A DNA stretch of 11,835 bases from a candidate division WOR-3 bacterium (GTDB lineage Bacteria; Hydrothermota; Tepidihabitantia; Tepidihabitantales; Tepidihabitantaceae), in the NCBI GenBank assembly GCA_037441285.1, contig JBBISL010000031.1:1-11835 (forward strand), written 5' to 3'. A program made the position numbers and the translations under genes. The notes below the pieces were generated by a model. The model was given only the letters and a program-made list of their open reading frames with translations. It ran no database searches and was not told the DNA's origin. How positions within the stretch are numbered: the stretch's first letter is position 1; each line of letters begins with the position of its first letter. Shown in pieces: positions 6,372 to 11,835 of this stretch.

Positions 6372-7046
6372 ATGGTACCAAGAAATTCAGTTGACAGTTT
6401 GCGTCTGGTTTTATTGGGTCCGCCCGGTTCTGGTAAGGGAACTCAGGCGGAGTTGCTGGCAAGCCGGTTGGGTTTTGTCCACTATTCAACCGGTGAGGTT
6501 TTCCGTGAGCAAATCAGCCGCCGGACACCATTAGGTGTAAAGGTGGAAGGTTATGTGGTTTCGGGCGGGCTGGTGCCGGATGAGATTGTACTTGAGGTGG
6601 TGGAGCAGTTTATCCGCGACCACACCGGCAAGCCAGTTGTGTTTGACGGGTTTCCCCGAACGATTCCTCAGGCACAGGGGCTTGATGCGCTTTTGGGTCG
6701 GATGGGGTTGGAGCTTTCGCTTGTTGTCCTGGTGGATTTGAGCGACAATGAGGTGGTGCGGCGACTTTCGAGCCGAAGGCAGTGCAAGGTGTGCGGTAAG
6801 ATTTATAACCTGACCTTCAGTCCGCCCAGAAAGGAAGGGGTTTGCGATGAGTGCGGGGGTGAACTTTATCAACGGGATGATGACCGGGAGGAGACAATTC
6901 GGGCGCGCCTGCGCATTTACAAGGAGCAAACCAGCCCTTTGATTGACTATTATGAAAAACAGCGGAAACTGATTCGGCTTGATGGCGCCCTGGGCCGGGA
7001 CCGGGTGTTTGAGCGCCTGAGCGCCCTTATCGCCGCGAAGAGATGA
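6372..7046 (+). CDS. adk: Adenylate kinase (long LID with Zn-binding cysteines)
   Basis: LLGPPGSGKGTQA P-loop, STGEVFR, GLVPD, DGFPRT and QRDDD motifs. LID contains CKVC and CDEC. Confidence 0.98.
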   Translation: MVPRNSVDSLRLVLLGPPGSGKGTQAELLASRLGFVHYSTGEVFREQISRRTPLGVKVEGYVVSGGLVPDEIVLEVVEQFIRDHTGKPVVFDGFPRTIPQAQGLDALLGRMGLELSLVVLVDLSDNEVVRRLSSRRQCKVCGKIYNLTFSPPRKEGVCDECGGELYQRDDDREETIRARLRIYKEQTSPLIDYYEKQRKLIRLDGALGRDRVFERLSALIAAKR

Positions 7047-7049
7047 TGG

Positions 7050-7796
7050 ATGGCACTTTACATAAAAAGCCCGGTCGAGGTGGAGGGAATCAGGCAGGCA
7101 GGGAAAATTGCCGCCGAGCTGCTAAGGCTTCTGGAGGGTCAGGTGGCACCCGGGGTCAGTTTGAAGGAGCTGGAAGATTTTTGTGCCCGGTTTATCAGAG
7201 AAGCGGGAGCGGTTCCGACCTTTTTAGGTTATCAAGGGTTTCCAGCCGCGGTGTGTATCAGCGTGAATGAGGAGGTGGTGCACGGAATTCCGGACCACCG
7301 TGTGCTACAGGAAGGTGATATTGTGAAGGTGGATGTTGGTGTAACGAAAAAGGGGTTTATTGCGGATGCGGCACGTACCTATCAGGTGGGCAGGGTTGAT
7401 GCGGAGGTGGGGCGGCTGGTTAAGAAGACCGAAGAGGCGTTTTACCAGGGGCTGAGGTTTGCGCGTGCCGGCTATCGGGTTGGTGACATCAGCGCCGCGA
7501 TTCAGAGGTTTGTGGAAGAACAGGGGTTTTCGGTGGTGCGGGAGTTGCACGGGCACGGGGTTGGGATTGAACTGCACGAGGAACCAACGGTGCCCAATTT
7601 CGGGACGCCGGGAAAGGGCCGGGAGCTGGTGAAGGGGATAACGCTGGCGATTGAGCCGATGGTGAATATGGGTTCGCCCAAGGTGAAGACACGGGCTAAT
7701 GGCTGGACCGTGGTTGCGGCGGATGGGAAACCGTCCGCCCATTACGAGAATACGGTGCTCATCACCGATGATGAGCCCGAGATATTGACCGTTTGA
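7050..7796 (+). CDS. map: Type I methionyl aminopeptidase
   Basis: FLGYQGFP, CISVNEEVVHGIP, DVG...ADAART, GHGVG..LHEEP, LAIEPMVN and SAHYENT motifs; canonical position after adk. Confidence 0.98.
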   Translation: MALYIKSPVEVEGIRQAGKIAAELLRLLEGQVAPGVSLKELEDFCARFIREAGAVPTFLGYQGFPAAVCISVNEEVVHGIPDHRVLQEGDIVKVDVGVTKKGFIADAARTYQVGRVDAEVGRLVKKTEEAFYQGLRFARAGYRVGDISAAIQRFVEEQGFSVVRELHGHGVGIELHEEPTVPNFGTPGKGRELVKGITLAIEPMVNMGSPKVKTRANGWTVVAADGKPSAHYENTVLITDDEPEILTV

Positions 7797-7817
7797 AAGA
7801 GGCAAAACCGGAGGTGT

Positions 7818-8036
7818 ATGGCTAAAAAGGATGTAATTCAGTTAGAAGGGGTGGTGACCGAATCGTTGCCCAATGCAACCTTTCGGGTACAGCTGGACAA
7901 CGGTCATCTGGTCCTCGCCCACATTTCGGGTAAGATGCGGATGAACTGGATTAGAATTCTGCCAGGCGACCGGGTTACGGTGGAACTTTCACCTTATGAC
8001 CTTACCCGGGGACGGATAGTTTACCGGTTTAAGTAG
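7818..8036 (+). CDS. infA: Translation initiation factor IF-1
   Basis: 72 aa, [24 protein letters not shown]...[32 protein letters not shown]. Confidence 0.99.
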   Translation: MAKKDVIQLEGVVTESLPNATFRVQLDNGHLVLAHISGKMRMNWIRILPGDRVTVELSPYDLTRGRIVYRFK

Positions 8037-8062
8037 CGCTTAGTCTAAGAAAGGGGTTTATT

Positions 8063-8179
8063 ATGAAGGTGCGTTCTTCAGTTAAGAAGCGGTGTGCCCA
8101 CTGTGTGGTTGTGCGGCGCCGGGGCAAAGTGCGGGTGATTTGCAAGCGCGAGCCCAAGCACAATCAGCGGCAGGGTTAG
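8063..8179 (+). CDS. rpmJ: 50S ribosomal protein L36 (Zn-ribbon C+ form); not in the supplied ORF track
   Basis: Manual translation: [38 protein letters not shown] (38 aa), with CxxC...C...H ligands. SD-like AGGGG at 8052-8056. Confidence 0.98.
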   Translation: MKVRSSVKKRCAHCVVVRRRGKVRVICKREPKHNQRQG

Positions 8180-8197
8180 ATGTCAGAAAGCAGGTAG

Positions 8198-10669
<2,472 letters not shown>

Positions 10670-10670
<1 letters not shown>

Positions 10671-11200
10671 TGGTGCGACTGAGGGCGGGCGTATTGTTAA
10701 TATTTATTCTGGTGGGTGTTCGCTGCCAAGAAGGCTCAATGCCGGATGTTAATGACGGGTTGCCGGACCAGGTTGTACACGAGTTTGTGCTCCAGGAGTC
10801 GGCAAGTGGTCGGCGACTATACCGGCTGACAGCGGTTGAGGCGGTGGTACTGGAAAGGGAGGGACGAATTGATGTCAAGGCTCCTGAGGTTGTGTTTTAC
10901 GATGATGGTGGTGCAGTCTATTCAATACTGCGGGCTGATGCCGGGGTGGTATTGAGCCGAAGCGAGGACCTGGTGGCGCGGGGCGATGTTGTGGTGGAAA
11001 CGGCGGAGAGTACCCGACTTTACACCGATTCTCTGGTCTGGAACAACACCCGTAAACTTATTCTGACCGATGCCGAAGTGACAATCGAGTCACCCAAAGG
11101 CAGAATCGGTGGTAAGGGTTTGGTGGCGGATGCGGGACTGAACAAAATTGAGATTGTCGGTGAGGTGCGCGGGAGTTCCAACTATGAGTTTGTGCCGTAA
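10670..11200 (+). CDS. lptC: LPS export protein LptC
   Basis: N-terminal hydrophobic segment ending in Cys19, then beta-jellyroll pattern LRADAG, GDVVV, LYTDSLVW, ILTDAEVTI, GKGLVAD. TAATG coupling to the acyltransferase stop; upstream of an LptA-like gene. Confidence 0.88.
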
Positions 11201-11835
11201 GGTCGCCATCGGTTTCTGTTTTTTGATTGTTAGCGGGGTTGGGTTCGGGGCTGATATCTATGCCCGAAAGATGGAGATTGTTAAGACGCCGACCGGTCCC
11301 GCAACAGTTTTTCGCGACAGTGTGGCAATAATTGAGGACGGGACTGTTTTGGTCAGCCGGCGGGCGGTGATGCAGGAGCAGGCAGGCTGGGCGGTACTAT
11401 CGGAATCGGTTTATATCCGGACTCCGGAGGCGCAGGTGTGGGCAGACTCGGTAATGTACGACTTTAAGGAAAGAAAGGCAACAATCCTGGCACCGGTGCG
11501 GGAGAATGTTGTTGTTAAACAGGAGTCAACTGTCATCCGGGCACCGCAGGTTGACTACTTACTGGGCAAGCGGTGGCTCGGAGCCCCACGGGGGTTGGAG
11601 ATTACCAATGAGGGTGGTTATTTTTTAACCGGTGCCCGGGGCAGTTATGATTTAAACGAGCGGACCGGAGTTGTTGATTCCGCACCCATATTGACGATTG
11701 AGCGAGAGCGGGCGCCGGTTCAGGTGACGGCAAATCGGATGTTGTATCAAGAGGCGGGTACGGTTGCCCGAGCTGAGGGTCAGGTTCGAGTTCAGTCCGG
11801 CGCCAGTTCGCTGGTGTGTGATACCGTGCTGTTTT
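11184..11835 (+). CDS. LptA/OstA-like beta-jellyroll protein, long form, 3'-truncated; not in the supplied ORF track
   Basis: Open frame from ATG 11184 to the window end (217 codons): MSLCRKVAIGFCFLIVSGVGFGA signal peptide, then repeated OstA-type strands VWADSVMYD, IRAPQVDY, LTGARGSYD, VTANRMLY, AEGQVRV, LVCDTVLF. Overlaps the lptC 3' end by 17 nt. Confidence 0.8.
   Translation, partial: MSLCRKVAIGFCFLIVSGVGFGADIYARKMEIVKTPTGPATVFRDSVAIIEDGTVLVSRRAVMQEQAGWAVLSESVYIRTPEAQVWADSVMYDFKERKATILAPVRENVVVKQESTVIRAPQVDYLLGKRWLGAPRGLEITNEGGYFLTGARGSYDLNERTGVVDSAPILTIERERAPVQVTANRMLYQEAGTVARAEGQVRVQSGASSLVCDTVLF

Noticed and set aside
2679..7796. Possible selenocysteine read-through at TGA stops of DUF89, adk and map
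   Set aside because: Each protein is full length for its family at the TGA, the next gene starts immediately or within about 20 nt, and no SECIS-like hairpin is apparent.
8039..8049. Palindrome CTTAGTCTAAG between infA and rpmJ
   Set aside because: 5-bp arms with a 1-nt centre cannot form a stable hairpin and are at chance level.

Overview
Gene-dense chromosomal window from a diderm bacterium. The gene content resembles the FCB group or candidate division WOR-3, which is an inference and not a database result. There are three blocks. (1) A + strand operon that runs in from the left edge: carbamate kinase (5'-truncated), a GATase1-like protein of unknown function (the family often mislabelled 'asparagine synthetase B'), a DUF89/ARMT1-like phosphatase and a lone hypC. 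(2) A convergent - strand block: alr, DUF1844, a DegT-family aminotransferase with an internal deletion, and a stand-alone PTS IIA. (3) After a 354-bp structured divergent-promoter region, a + strand run: adk-map-infA-rpmJ-pyrG-(LpxL/PatA-family acyltransferase)-lptC-long LptA/OstA-like gene (3'-truncated). rpmJ and the LptA-like gene are missing from the supplied ORF track. I found no mobile element, CRISPR array, rRNA or tRNA. The most interesting observations are the carbamate kinase/GATase-like/DUF89/hypC operon, the acyltransferase sitting where the kds genes usually lie between pyrG and lptCA, the adk-map-infA-rpmJ block detached from the spc/alpha superoperon, and a G-U-rich hairpin region between alr and adk. 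These are hypotheses from sequence and gene context only.
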